A stretch of DNA of 64,000 nucleotides from Bacteroidaceae bacterium (GTDB taxonomy: Bacteria > Bacillota > Clostridia > Lachnospirales > Lachnospiraceae): positions 3,268 to 67,267 of the forward strand of contig CAVGMD010000001.1 of the NCBI GenBank assembly GCA_963630275.1, read 5' to 3'. Below the pieces are notes generated by a model, which saw nothing but the letters and a program-made list of their open reading frames with translations, did not search any database and was not told the origin of the DNA. Each line of letters starts with the position of its first letter. The first letter of the stretch is position 1. Positions 37,704-46,852 of the stretch are shown piece by piece. Both the position numbers and the translations under genes were made by a program.

Positions 37704-39953
37704 TTATTCATTTTGCTGGTTCAACAGATTATTGTTCACCGGGCTGTCTCCCAGGGTATCGTCTCCACCGACGTCCGCTCCCGTAACGGGATCGATCAGG
37801 CCGCCGTCGATCGGGCTTACCAGATATCCGGTAGCGGGATCCACAGGGTAATTTCTCCAGTCTTCCGTAGTCGTCGTGGAATCTTCTTCACCGGTTCCGG
37901 TGTTCTCTCCGCCCGCCGGGTTCTCAGGATCCGAAACAGTTCCGTCACTGCCTGTCTGAGTATCTCCGTCTTCCGGTTTCTGGGTGTACTGGTTCGTAAT
38001 CTCAATCTGCTTCTCTGCCAGCTCCTGGATCTCCGTCTCGGACAGTTCCTCTGTCATGAAGATGTTCAGGTAAGGCAACACTTCTGTCAAGACATTTCTT
38101 ACAATACCGGTGGCAAACTTTGCATCATCCTGCGGAGATGCATTGGCACGATCCACCACCACATAGATGGCGATCTGGGGATCATCCGCCGGGGCATATC
38201 CCATAAAGGATACCACGTATTCGCCGTTTTTACGGGGAATGGTCTCTGCGGTACCGGTCTTGCCGCCGATGGCATAGCCTGCGGGTCTTGCGGTTCTACC
38301 GGTTCTGCGGTCGCCGCCCTCTTCCATAACGGTAGCACGGCAATACTGTCTGATCTTCGCAGAAGTGCTCTCGGAGATGGTCTGTCGCAGCACTCTCGGT
38401 TCAATGTTCTCCACCGTTGCTCCGCTTGCATTGGTGATCTTGTCCACCACGTGGGGCTCATAATAATATCCGCCGTTGATCAGGGAACAGAATCCGGTGA
38501 TCATCTGAATCATGGTCACATTGAAGTTCTGTCCGAAACTGTTGGTCGCCAGATCGGCACTGCCCATCTGATCTACCGGGAACAAGAGGCTGGCGGTTCT
38601 CGCTTCTCCTGCCAGATCCACGTTGGTCTTTAATCCGAAATTAAAGGTCTGCTGGAATTTTGCAAATTCTTCTTTGCCCATGGTGGCTGCAATCTTCATT
38701 AACGCTACGTTACAGGACCAGGCAATGGAATCCTGTACCGACACATCGCCTTCACCGCCGGTACGGTAGCTGTGGCATTTGATCGTATGTCCGCCGACTT
38801 CCAGATATCCGTTACACTGATAGTGCTCGTTGCCGGTGATAGCTCCGCTCTCCAGGGCTGCCGCCACAGTAAAAGGCTTTGCCGTGGAACCCGGCTCGTA
38901 AGTAGTGGAGATACAGTAGTTCTTCCACAGGTAGTTCAGATTATCCAACAGTTCTTCATCCGTCAGGGCATCGATATCTTCCTGGGTAAAATAAGTATCT
39001 GTCTTCGTCAGTACCTGGTAGCCGTTGGCATTGGTCACCATCTCGATCTTACGGGATCCCAAAAGGGCATCCGTATTCCTAGTGTCGTTCAGGTCATAGG
39101 TAGGATAACTTGCCATCGCCAAAATATTGCCGGTATTGACTTCCATAATGATGCAGCCTACATTTTCCGCACCGTTGCCGGGGTGTACCGCATCCTTATG
39201 CTCCTCGTTAAACTGCTTCAGATATTTCTCCACAATGCCCTGAATATTGGCATCAATGGTACTGTGTATGGTATTGCCGTCCACTGCCGGCTTGATCGTA
39301 CGCTCCAGATTGGCATCATCGTTGAGATAACCGTACTCTCTTCCGGTGGTTCCGTTTAATACATCATTGTAATATTCTTCCAGTCCATACTGTCCTTCAT
39401 TGTCCGCTCTGGCAAATCCGATCACATCCGCTGCCAGGGAGCCGTTGGGATAGACTCTCTTATATTCCTCCTCGAACCAGACACCACGGATCTTGCTGTT
39501 CTCCAATGCTGCCGTCTGGAATCCGCTGATCTGGTCATAAGTCATCCTTCGAAGAGGCACATACCAGGAAGATTCGGGATGGGAAGTCACGTACTGTCGC
39601 ACTGCCGTCATATCCAGATCCGGGAAATTCGCAGAGAGCGCTTCCATGGTGGGTTCCAGATAATCATCCCGATCCAGCATTACCCTTGCATCAATGACCA
39701 GGTTATACACCTTTTCACTGACTGCCAGTTTCGTTCCCTTGGCGTCCACGATGTCGCCACGACGGAACGGCAGGGTGATGGAATCGTACTTTTGCTGGGA
39801 AAGCACCTGCTTCTCATAGGCAGCTCCGTCCGCCCTCACGATCCATGACAGACGAAACGACAACAGGATAAATGCCAGTATAATCAATGCATACAGACAT
39901 AGCAGTTTCTTCTGCATTTTGATACTAAATTTCTTGGGGTTCTTTTCCTTCAC
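37704..39953 (-). CDS. Class B penicillin-binding protein (FtsI/PBP2B-like division transpeptidase) with an acidic low-complexity C-terminal tail
   Basis: 749 aa. It has an N-terminal TM segment and the transpeptidase motifs GSTAKPF (SxxK), SCN and KTGTA. The last roughly 110 aa are rich in D, E, G and T. Confidence 0.85.
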   Translation of the reverse strand: MKEKNPKKFSIKMQKKLLCLYALIILAFILLSFRLSWIVRADGAAYEKQVLSQQKYDSITLPFRRGDIVDAKGTKLAVSEKVYNLVIDARVMLDRDDYLEPTMEALSANFPDLDMTAVRQYVTSHPESSWYVPLRRMTYDQISGFQTAALENSKIRGVWFEEEYKRVYPNGSLAADVIGFARADNEGQYGLEEYYNDVLNGTTGREYGYLNDDANLERTIKPAVDGNTIHSTIDANIQGIVEKYLKQFNEEHKDAVHPGNGAENVGCIIMEVNTGNILAMASYPTYDLNDTRNTDALLGSRKIEMVTNANGYQVLTKTDTYFTQEDIDALTDEELLDNLNYLWKNYCISTTYEPGSTAKPFTVAAALESGAITGNEHYQCNGYLEVGGHTIKCHSYRTGGEGDVSVQDSIAWSCNVALMKIAATMGKEEFAKFQQTFNFGLKTNVDLAGEARTASLLFPVDQMGSADLATNSFGQNFNVTMIQMITGFCSLINGGYYYEPHVVDKITNASGATVENIEPRVLRQTISESTSAKIRQYCRATVMEEGGDRRTGRTARPAGYAIGGKTGTAETIPRKNGEYVVSFMGYAPADDPQIAIYVVVDRANASPQDDAKFATGIVRNVLTEVLPYLNIFMTEELSETEIQELAEKQIEITNQYTQKPEDGDTQTGSDGTVSDPENPAGGENTGTGEEDSTTTTEDWRNYPVDPATGYLVSPIDGGLIDPVTGADVGGDDTLGDSPVNNNLLNQQNE

Positions 39954-39971
39954 ACGTTCCGCCTCCCGTGC

Positions 39972-40421
39972 TTAGTTCTGGCTGCCGTCAGCCTGACGCA
40001 TATAATCGTTGCTGATGCTGGCATAAGGAATTACCTGTCCTTCTGTAGCGTAGGTCATTCCCAGTTCACCGATGGCAATTCTCTTGATCTCTTCCAGATT
40101 CACGCTGCTGGTGATACGGCTGTACTCCTCATCGTTGGACAATTTCAGAGAGTTCAGTTCACTCTCCATCCTGGATACTTCTGCGATCTTCGTGGTCAGC
40201 TGCGACTGCATCTGGATATAATTCACCAGGAAAAATGCACATGCCACCAGTGCCGCCATCAGAAAAGTCACATAGCCGATGCTCATATGTCTTGCTTTTT
40301 CTCTGTTTTTTCTTGTCTCATGAGACAGCTGTCTCCGGGGCTCTTCCATTTGTCTCCGGATCTGTAAGTCTCTTGCTGTATTATCATATATGTATGGGGT
40401 ATTACTTTTTCTCTGTGCCAT
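39972..40421 (-). CDS. ftsL: Cell division protein FtsL-like
   Basis: 149 aa and bitopic, with a single TM segment (YVTFLMAALVACAFFLVNYI) followed by a coiled coil. Its position between rsmH and the PBP gene is the conserved one. Sequence conservation is weak, as is usual for FtsL. Confidence 0.6.
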   Translation of the reverse strand: MAQRKSNTPYIYDNTARDLQIRRQMEEPRRQLSHETRKNREKARHMSIGYVTFLMAALVACAFFLVNYIQMQSQLTTKIAEVSRMESELNSLKLSNDEEYSRITSSVNLEEIKRIAIGELGMTYATEGQVIPYASISNDYMRQADGSQN

Positions 40422-40459
40422 ACTCTATTCCCGCTTTCACTTTTAAATCTTTCAAAATT

Positions 40460-41398
40460 TTATTTCTTCTCAAATACCCGAAGCTTTGCGCTCTTGGACC
40501 TGCTGTTTGCTTCCAGTTCTTCCGCTCCCGGAAGAATCGGCTTTCTGGTGATCACCTTTCCCTTGGAGACCTTACCGCATACACACACCGGGAATTCCGG
40601 AGGACAGGTGCAGGGATTCTCATTCCTGCGGAACGCATTTTTCACAATCCGGTCTTCCAGGGAATGGAATGTGATGATACAGAACCTTCCGCCGGGATTC
40701 AACAGATCGATCAGCTCGTCCAACGCCTTTTTCAGTACTTCCAGTTCCTGATTGCACTCAATGCGGATCGCCTGGAATGTCTGCTTGGAGGGATGTCCGT
40801 TCTGCCGCATCTTCGCCGGAACTGCGGCTTTGATGATCTCATTTAATTCAAAGGTAGTCTCAATGGGCTTGTCCGCCCTGTTTTTTACAATATGTTTCGC
40901 AATGTTTTTCGCGAAAGGATCTTCGCCGTAATCCCGGATGATATGATACAGTTCCATCTCTGAATAATTGTTCACGATATCTCTCGCCGTCAGGGTCTGT
41001 CTGCGATCCATCCGCATGTCCAGCGGTGCATCAAAACGATAGGAAAATCCTCTATCTTCGGTATCTAACTGGTAGGAAGAGACTCCCAGATCCAGCACGA
41101 TTCCGTCCACGCCGGTGACTCCGTATTCTCTGAGGGCTTCCACCGCATTCACGTAATTGTTGTGGATCACCGTCACTTTATCTCCAAAGCATCGCAGTCT
41201 CTCCGATGCTGCCGCGATCGCCGCGTCATCCTGATCGATTCCGTAGAAGTGTCCGTTCTGTAGGCGGCTGCACACTTCATAGGCATGTCCGCCGCCACCT
41301 AAGGTTCCGTCCACATAGATGCCGTCCGGTCTGATATTCAGTTGTTCTATGGTCTCATGCAACATCACAGAATAATGATTAAATTCCACGACGGTCAT
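40460..41398 (-). CDS. rsmH: 16S rRNA (cytosine1402-N4)-methyltransferase RsmH
   Basis: It has [23 protein letters not shown] and SFHSLEDR.VK. Confidence 0.95.
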   Translation of the reverse strand: MTVVEFNHYSVMLHETIEQLNIRPDGIYVDGTLGGGGHAYEVCSRLQNGHFYGIDQDDAAIAAASERLRCFGDKVTVIHNNYVNAVEALREYGVTGVDGIVLDLGVSSYQLDTEDRGFSYRFDAPLDMRMDRRQTLTARDIVNNYSEMELYHIIRDYGEDPFAKNIAKHIVKNRADKPIETTFELNEIIKAAVPAKMRQNGHPSKQTFQAIRIECNQELEVLKKALDELIDLLNPGGRFCIITFHSLEDRIVKNAFRRNENPCTCPPEFPVCVCGKVSKGKVITRKPILPGAEELEANSRSKSAKLRVFEKK

Positions 41399-41440
41399 CC
41401 TTTCCTGCTTCTTTAAATCTACTTCTTTTAAATCTGATTT

Positions 41441-41872
41441 TTAAATGGTCAGTCCCAGTCCTTCCATGGCGCCGGTGATCTCATCCATATCCGCATCGGA
41501 GTTCATAGTCTCCCACTTGTCCTTGCTCCAGATCTCCACGCGGCTGCCGACTCCGACTAACACCACATCTTTTTCCAGTCCGGCGAACTCTCGCAAGTGT
41601 GCCGGCAGCAGAATTCTTCCCTGCTTGTCCACTTCCACCGTAGCCGCACCGGCTAAGAAGAAACGGGCGAATTGTCTTGCTTCCTTATTGATCAGAGGTA
41701 ATGAGGTCAGCTTCTGTTCAAAAGCATTCCAGTCATCATTGGCATACACAAATAAGCAGCCATCCATTCCCTTGGAAATCACAAATTCCTCGCCTAAAGT
41801 CTCTCGGAATTTTGCCGGAATGATCAACCTGCCTTTCGTATCTAACGTATGGTTGTACTCGCTCATAAACAT
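41441..41872 (-). CDS. mraZ: Transcriptional regulator MraZ
   Basis: It has two SpoVT/AbrB-like halves with DTKGRLIIPAKFR and DKQGRILLPAHLRE. I prefer the start at 41872 (MFMSEYNHTLD). The track start is 41887. Confidence 0.92.
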   Translation of the reverse strand: MFMSEYNHTLDTKGRLIIPAKFRETLGEEFVISKGMDGCLFVYANDDWNAFEQKLTSLPLINKEARQFARFFLAGAATVEVDKQGRILLPAHLREFAGLEKDVVLVGVGSRVEIWSKDKWETMNSDADMDEITGAMEGLGLTI

Positions 41873-41940
41873 CGCACTCACCACCATTCATCCAAAAGGG
41901 GACTGCCACGAAAAAGGAGGTCATTTTTTCAAAAATCTAC

Positions 41941-41975
41941 CACTTTGTGGCACTTGCCTCCACTTTCTCCCACTT
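41941..41975 (-). promoter_or_regulatory. Four phased direct repeats (candidate MraZ operator)
   Basis: On the plus strand, CACTT starts at 41941, 41951, 41961 and 41971, an exact 10-bp period. On the minus strand this reads AAAGTG-GGAG-AAAGTG-GAGGC-AAGTG-CCAC-AAAGTG. The repeats lie between the promoter candidate and mraZ. Confidence 0.6.
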
Positions 41976-41983
41976 TTATTATG

Positions 41984-42012
41984 ATTTTATACTAAAATAG
42001 GGTATTTTACAA
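41984..42012 (-). promoter_or_regulatory. Sigma-A promoter candidate for the mraZ/dcw operon
   Basis: On the minus strand: TTGTAA (42012-42007), a 17-nt spacer, then TAAAAT (41989-41984). It is immediately upstream of the phased repeats. Confidence 0.5.
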
Positions 42013-42097
42013 GAGAAATCAAGAGGCTTTTTTCGACAGCGGAATCCAAAAAACGCCCTGTCCTACGACAAGAGCGCTCATTTCCACTATATATGGT

Positions 42098-42138
42098 AAA
42101 AAAATAAGAGCAAACACAATATCTATGTATTTGCTCTT
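42098..42138 (-). terminator. Intrinsic terminator after lgt
   Basis: AAGAGCAAA (42106-42114) pairs with TTTGCTCTT (42130-42138). On the minus strand the stem is followed by ATTTTTTT. Confidence 0.7.
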
Positions 42139-42171
42139 GTTTCGTTATTCTTAATAAATTTTTAAAAATTT

Positions 42172-43047
42172 TTAATTATTTTCCACTTTCGGCTGTTTTT
42201 TCAGGCGGATACGCACCACAATGTCCGTCACCACCGCAAAAATCACCATGCACAGGGATAACACCTGGGATATAGCAATCGTTGTCCCCGGAATAAACAG
42301 GGTATCGGTACGGATTCCTTCGATCCAGAATCTGCCCAGTCCGTAACCTCCGAAGTACAGCAGACAAATCTCTCCCTCGAACTTTTTATGCTTGTGGTAT
42401 ACCAGCATAATCAGCAGAATCATCAGATTCCACAGACTCTCGTAGAGGAATGTGGGGTGTACCTGAATGTAATTGGTACCTTCCACGATATGTGCTGCCA
42501 CATTCTCGGAAATGTCCCGGCTGCGCACCGCTTCGATGGGAAGCCGCATAGCCAGGAAATTATCCGTGTATTCTCCGAACACTTCACGGTTCATGAAATT
42601 GCCCCAGCGTCCGATGACCTGTCCCAGGATCAGTCCCGGTACACACAGATCTCCCAGCCGGAAGGGATTGATCTTCTTGATCTTACAGTATATAAACAGT
42701 GTCAGGAAAGCTCCGATCACACCACCGTAGATCGCCATACCACCGTTACGGGTATTGAAGATACTTAACAGGTTGTCCTTGTAATAGTCCCAGGCGAAGA
42801 CCACATAGTAAATTCTGGCGCCGATCACGGAAAAGATTACGGCATAAATAGCAAAATCCCAAATGGTATCCGGATTCTCTCCGCTGATTTTTGCCTGATG
42901 CACCGCCAACAGAATACCCGCCAGTACACCAATGCCGATGATCAGACCGTAAAAAGCGATCTCGAAACCGAATACGGTAAAGCTTCTGGGAACATTTTCC
43001 AGGTAAATGCCTAAATGGGGAAATGCAATATCTCCTGCATTCATCAT
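42172..43047 (-). CDS. lgt: Prolipoprotein diacylglyceryl transferase
   Basis: 291 aa and polytopic. It has the Lgt signature GRWGNFMNREVFG and HPTFLYESLWN. Confidence 0.92.
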   Translation of the reverse strand: MMNAGDIAFPHLGIYLENVPRSFTVFGFEIAFYGLIIGIGVLAGILLAVHQAKISGENPDTIWDFAIYAVIFSVIGARIYYVVFAWDYYKDNLLSIFNTRNGGMAIYGGVIGAFLTLFIYCKIKKINPFRLGDLCVPGLILGQVIGRWGNFMNREVFGEYTDNFLAMRLPIEAVRSRDISENVAAHIVEGTNYIQVHPTFLYESLWNLMILLIMLVYHKHKKFEGEICLLYFGGYGLGRFWIEGIRTDTLFIPGTTIAISQVLSLCMVIFAVVTDIVVRIRLKKQPKVENN

Positions 43048-43104
43048 AATATTTATTTCCTTTCTTAGTACTATCCGGCTTCTACGTGCTTGCGGATCTT
43101 AGTA

Positions 43105-44202
43105 TTACACGTTGAATCTGAACAGGATCACATCGCCGTCCTGTACCACGTAGTCCTTGCCTTCCATGCCAACCAGGCCTTTCTCACGGGCAGCTGCCAG
43201 AGATCCCTGCTCTAAGAGATCCTTGTAATTCACAACCTCAGCCTTGATGAAGCCTCTCTCGAAATCGGAGTGGATCTTACCGGCTGCCTGAGGCGCCTTG
43301 GTACCGATCTTGATAGTCCATGCTCTGGTCTCATCCTCACCTGCAGTCAGAAAACTCATCAGGCCTAAGATATGATAGCTTGCCTTGATCAGCTTCTCCA
43401 GACCGGATTCTTTTAATCCCAGATCATCTAAGAACATTGCCTTCTCATCATCATCCAGCTCGGAGATTTCTTCCTCGATCTGTGCACAGATGACGAATAC
43501 TTCGCTGTTCTCGCTTGCAGCGAACTCTCTGACCTTTGCTACCATCTCGTTGGATGCGCCGTCGTCTGCCAGATCATCCTCAGATACATTTGCCGCATAG
43601 ATTACAGGCTTGTAGGTCAGCAGATTGTATTCCTTTAACAGAGCCAGTTCATCCTCATCGGTGACTTCCAGGCTCTTCGCCATCTTGCCACTCTCCAGAT
43701 GCTCCTTGATACGCTCAAGCAGTGCCAGCTCCTTGGCATAGGTCTTGTCCATTCTGGCAGCCTTGACTACCTTGGACAGTCTTCTCTCCAGTACTTCCAG
43801 ATCTGCGAAGATCAGCTCTAAGTTAATGGTCTCAATATCACGTAAAGGATTTACACTGCCATCTACATGAATGACATTGGGATCCTCGAAACATCTTACC
43901 ACATGGACGATGGCATCCACCTCACGGATGTTGCTTAAGAACTGGTTACCCAGTCCCTCACCCTTGGAAGCACCCTTTACCAGACCTGCAATATCTACGA
44001 ACTCAATCACGGCGGGAGTTACTTTCTTGGAATGATACATCTCTCCCAGCGCTTTTAATCTGTCATCCGGAACTGTTACCACACCCACGTTAGGGTCAAT
44101 GGTACAGAACGGATAGTTGGCGGATTCCGCTCCTGCCTTGGTCAGGGAATTGAAAAGTGTACTCTTTCCCACGTTGGGAAGACCTACGATACCCAGCTTC
44201 AT
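43105..44202 (-). CDS. ychF: Redox-regulated ribosome-binding ATPase YchF
   Basis: It has [32 protein letters not shown], and a C-terminal TGS domain (...[12 protein letters not shown]...). Confidence 0.95.
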   Translation of the reverse strand: MKLGIVGLPNVGKSTLFNSLTKAGAESANYPFCTIDPNVGVVTVPDDRLKALGEMYHSKKVTPAVIEFVDIAGLVKGASKGEGLGNQFLSNIREVDAIVHVVRCFEDPNVIHVDGSVNPLRDIETINLELIFADLEVLERRLSKVVKAARMDKTYAKELALLERIKEHLESGKMAKSLEVTDEDELALLKEYNLLTYKPVIYAANVSEDDLADDGASNEMVAKVREFAASENSEVFVICAQIEEEISELDDDEKAMFLDDLGLKESGLEKLIKASYHILGLMSFLTAGEDETRAWTIKIGTKAPQAAGKIHSDFERGFIKAEVVNYKDLLEQGSLAAAREKGLVGMEGKDYVVQDGDVILFRFNV

Positions 44203-44274
44203 GATTTATTTACCGTTCAGAAACCTTGCGGTTTACTGCCTTTCTTTTTGTTTTCTCGATATTCAGCACTGCTC

Positions 44275-44302
44275 ATTATAGCATACTTCCGCGTATTTGC
44301 AA
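44275..44302 (-). promoter_or_regulatory. Sigma-A promoter candidate for ychF
   Basis: On the minus strand: TTGCAA (44302-44297), a 16-nt spacer, then an extended -10 TGcTATAAT (TATAAT at 44280-44275). Confidence 0.5.
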
Positions 44303-44327
44303 ATGCCGTAGAACGATCTGTTAACCA

Positions 44328-45374
44328 CTATTGTTCAAAATATGCCGTAATTCCGGACAGCAGTCCCTCTGCCAGCAGCCTAAGCGCGGCATCACTGTGG
44401 TCGGAATATGCATTTCCCAGTTCCACGTCCACGGACGGGATCGTGCTGTAAGAGGTCTGGGTCAGGTCAATACTCATATGTCCTTTCCCGTAGATCGTTG
44501 CTCCCTGCTCCCGCAGGCCTTCCACGAGATCCGCTCCCAGGGCATCGTGCTGCTGAAAATGGGATGCCACCGGCTCCATGCTTTTCAGTCCATCCGGCAC
44601 CGAGATGTAAAAACATCCCTTGTCATAATTTTTACCGTCTCCACTGTCCCAGTGCAACGCAATATGACAGTCCGCCACATTGTTGCAGATCACAGTCCGC
44701 GCCACATTATCCAACTGCACATCCTCACCATCCCGAAGCATCAGCACATCATACCCAGAAGCAAGAAGCTGATCCCGCAGGATCTGTGCCATCTGTAATG
44801 TCACCTCACGCTCCGGTGTGCCATCCTGAAAAGTCATGCCTCCCGAGACTGCCGCAGCTTCCGTAGTTCCTGCCGCTGTGCTGCCTCCCGTGAGCTTCGC
44901 TGAACCGTCCGGGTGACACAGAGTCTTCACCTTCGCGCCGCCCGCTGTGCCATGTCCTGCGTTGACACCGATGACGATACCTTTTCGTCCGGATTCCTCC
45001 GGTGCCAGATACAGCACCGCCGCTCCGGAATTAATTTTGGAATGATCCGCATACTCCCAGGAGGGATCCAGGGTGATCTGCTGCTGATCTGTATATTCCA
45101 CCGGCTGCCTCGGCACTGTCTCCGCAGGCACCTGTTCCTGCGGCACTGTGGCTGCCTCGGCTGACATCTCACTCTCCGAAGCCATAGCTTCTATAGTTTC
45201 TGCATTCTCTATGGTCACTGCGCTCTCCACAGTTTCTGTACTCTCCACGGTTTCTGTACTCTCTACTTTTTCCATACTCCCGGTATTTTCCTGTGTTCCA
45301 CAGGCTGTCAGGGAAAACACCAACGCCATAATCATTACGCCCGTTGCCACCCTGTATTGTTTTCTGTGAACCAT
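44328..45374 (-). CDS. N-acetylmuramoyl-L-alanine amidase (amidase_3 family) lipoprotein
   Basis: It has a signal peptide with the lipobox LTAC, a repetitive linker VESTETVESTETVESAVTIENAETIEAM, and a C-terminal amidase_3 core (VIGVNAGHG..., ...LMLRDGED, CHIALHWDS). Confidence 0.75.
   Translation of the reverse strand: MVHRKQYRVATGVMIMALVFSLTACGTQENTGSMEKVESTETVESTETVESAVTIENAETIEAMASESEMSAEAATVPQEQVPAETVPRQPVEYTDQQQITLDPSWEYADHSKINSGAAVLYLAPEESGRKGIVIGVNAGHGTAGGAKVKTLCHPDGSAKLTGGSTAAGTTEAAAVSGGMTFQDGTPEREVTLQMAQILRDQLLASGYDVLMLRDGEDVQLDNVARTVICNNVADCHIALHWDSGDGKNYDKGCFYISVPDGLKSMEPVASHFQQHDALGADLVEGLREQGATIYGKGHMSIDLTQTSYSTIPSVDVELGNAYSDHSDAALRLLAEGLLSGITAYFEQ
45191..45280 (-). repeat. 18-bp degenerate tandem repeats (about 5 units) in the amidase linker
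   Basis: The plus-strand units are ctatagtttctgcattct / ctatggtcactgcgctct / ccacagtttctgtactct / ccacggtttctgtactct / ctactttttccatactcc. The two central units differ at a single base. The repeats are in frame with a 6-aa period. Confidence 0.8.
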
Positions 45375-45395
45375 TTCCCTTTTACTCCTCCGATA

Positions 45396-45434
45396 TGAAA
45401 AGAACCACAGCTGTGAACTTACAGCTATGGTTCT
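45396..45434 (-). terminator. Intrinsic terminator after the MCP gene
   Basis: A 14-bp stem forms between AGAACCACAGCTGT (45401-45414) and ACAGCTATGGTTCT (45421-45434), with one mismatch. On the minus strand it is followed by TTTTC. Confidence 0.7.
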
Positions 45435-45481
45435 TCTGTTCTCTCTTCCTTATTCCGTCTGTTTCGGAACACATTCTCTGA

Positions 45482-46747
45482 TTAACCGCGCAGTTTGAAG
45501 TGCTCTAACAGCTCGTTCAGAGTTGTTGCAGATGCGGACAGTTCCTCGCTGGTAGCGGAAGTTTCCTGAGCTGCTGTGGAGTTGGACTGGATAACATCGT
45601 TGATGTCTTCCACGCCCTTCTTGATGTTGCTGACAGATACTGCCTGTCGGTTGGATGCAGTACGGATATTGGCAACCTCCTGGATAATCTGATCCAGTTC
45701 GGTCATAACCTTCTGCATAGCATCGTTGGTCTCCTTGGTGACCTTGTTGCCCACTTCTACTTCGTTCATGGACTCTCCGATCAGCTTCTTGGACTCTACT
45801 GCAGAGTTAGCACTCTCTTCTGCCAGCTGTCTGATCTGATCCGCTACGACTGCGAAGCCTCTTCCTGCCTCTCCGGCACGGGCTGCCTCGATGGAAGCAT
45901 TCAAGGACAACAGATTCGTCTGGGATGCGATGTTCTCAATATCTGCGATGATCTTCTCAATGTTCTGGGTTGTGGTATCAATCTTCTTCATGGCAACAAC
46001 CAGTTCATCCATCTTCTTCTGGCTGTTGGCAGCTTCGATGCCGACCTGCTTTGCCTTGTCATGAACGATATCGGTGGACTTGGTATTCTCCAGTACCTGA
46101 CCGGTTACTTCTTCTACGGTAGCTAACAGTTCTTCTACGGCTGCTGCCTGGTTGGTAGCACCCTCTGCGATATCCTGCGCACTGACAGCCAGCTGGTTAC
46201 TGCCGGCAGATACCTGCTCGGAAGATCCTTGAATACCGTGCATGGTCTCGCTGATCTTATTTACCATCTCATTCAGTCCATCCAGCACACTGTGAAGCTG
46301 TCCGACATAAGCCTCGGGGCAGCTGCTGTGTACATCGAAATTACCTTCGGAAAAATGCTCTACGATATCGTACAGATCAGATACCACTTTTTTCAGGATT
46401 CCGGCTGCGGTCTCAAAGCTATCGGATAATCTTCCCAGTTCATCCTCGGATTCATAAGGAGTGCCAATCTCAAAGTCACCGGCTGCGATCTTCTCAGATG
46501 CCACTACCAGGCTCTCAATCGGCTCCACCAGCATCCGTGTCAACATTCTTGACATGGCTGCGTTAAATAAAATACCTATCACTGCCAACACCAGTACAAT
46601 TACGATCCCCACGTAATTCTGTGTCTGTAACATTGCCCCAAATGCCACAAATGCGATCAGGATGTATAATACATCCATGATTCGAAATACAAGAGACAGC
46701 TTGTTCTTAATAGATCTGTTTCTCAGCATTTCTTCTAATTTCTTCAT
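45482..46747 (-). CDS. Methyl-accepting chemotaxis protein (two TM segments, HAMP, MCP signalling domain; no sizeable extracellular sensor)
   Basis: 421 aa. Two adjacent TM helices are separated by about 4 residues. It has a HAMP domain and the highly conserved hairpin tip [34 protein letters not shown]. Confidence 0.88.
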   Translation of the reverse strand: MKKLEEMLRNRSIKNKLSLVFRIMDVLYILIAFVAFGAMLQTQNYVGIVIVLVLAVIGILFNAAMSRMLTRMLVEPIESLVVASEKIAAGDFEIGTPYESEDELGRLSDSFETAAGILKKVVSDLYDIVEHFSEGNFDVHSSCPEAYVGQLHSVLDGLNEMVNKISETMHGIQGSSEQVSAGSNQLAVSAQDIAEGATNQAAAVEELLATVEEVTGQVLENTKSTDIVHDKAKQVGIEAANSQKKMDELVVAMKKIDTTTQNIEKIIADIENIASQTNLLSLNASIEAARAGEAGRGFAVVADQIRQLAEESANSAVESKKLIGESMNEVEVGNKVTKETNDAMQKVMTELDQIIQEVANIRTASNRQAVSVSNIKKGVEDINDVIQSNSTAAQETSATSEELSASATTLNELLEHFKLRG

Positions 46748-46794
46748 TTGTACTAACTCCTTCCACTTCTGTATCTATTTATCCTTTTGTTAAT

Positions 46795-46823
46795 ATTTTA
46801 ATGAACAATGTATTTTTCGTCAA
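46795..46823 (-). promoter_or_regulatory. Sigma-A promoter candidate for the MCP gene
   Basis: On the minus strand: TTGACG (46823-46818), a 17-nt spacer, then TAAAAT (46800-46795). Confidence 0.45.
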
Positions 46824-46852
46824 GCGTTAAGCATCTTAAATTTATGTAAAAA

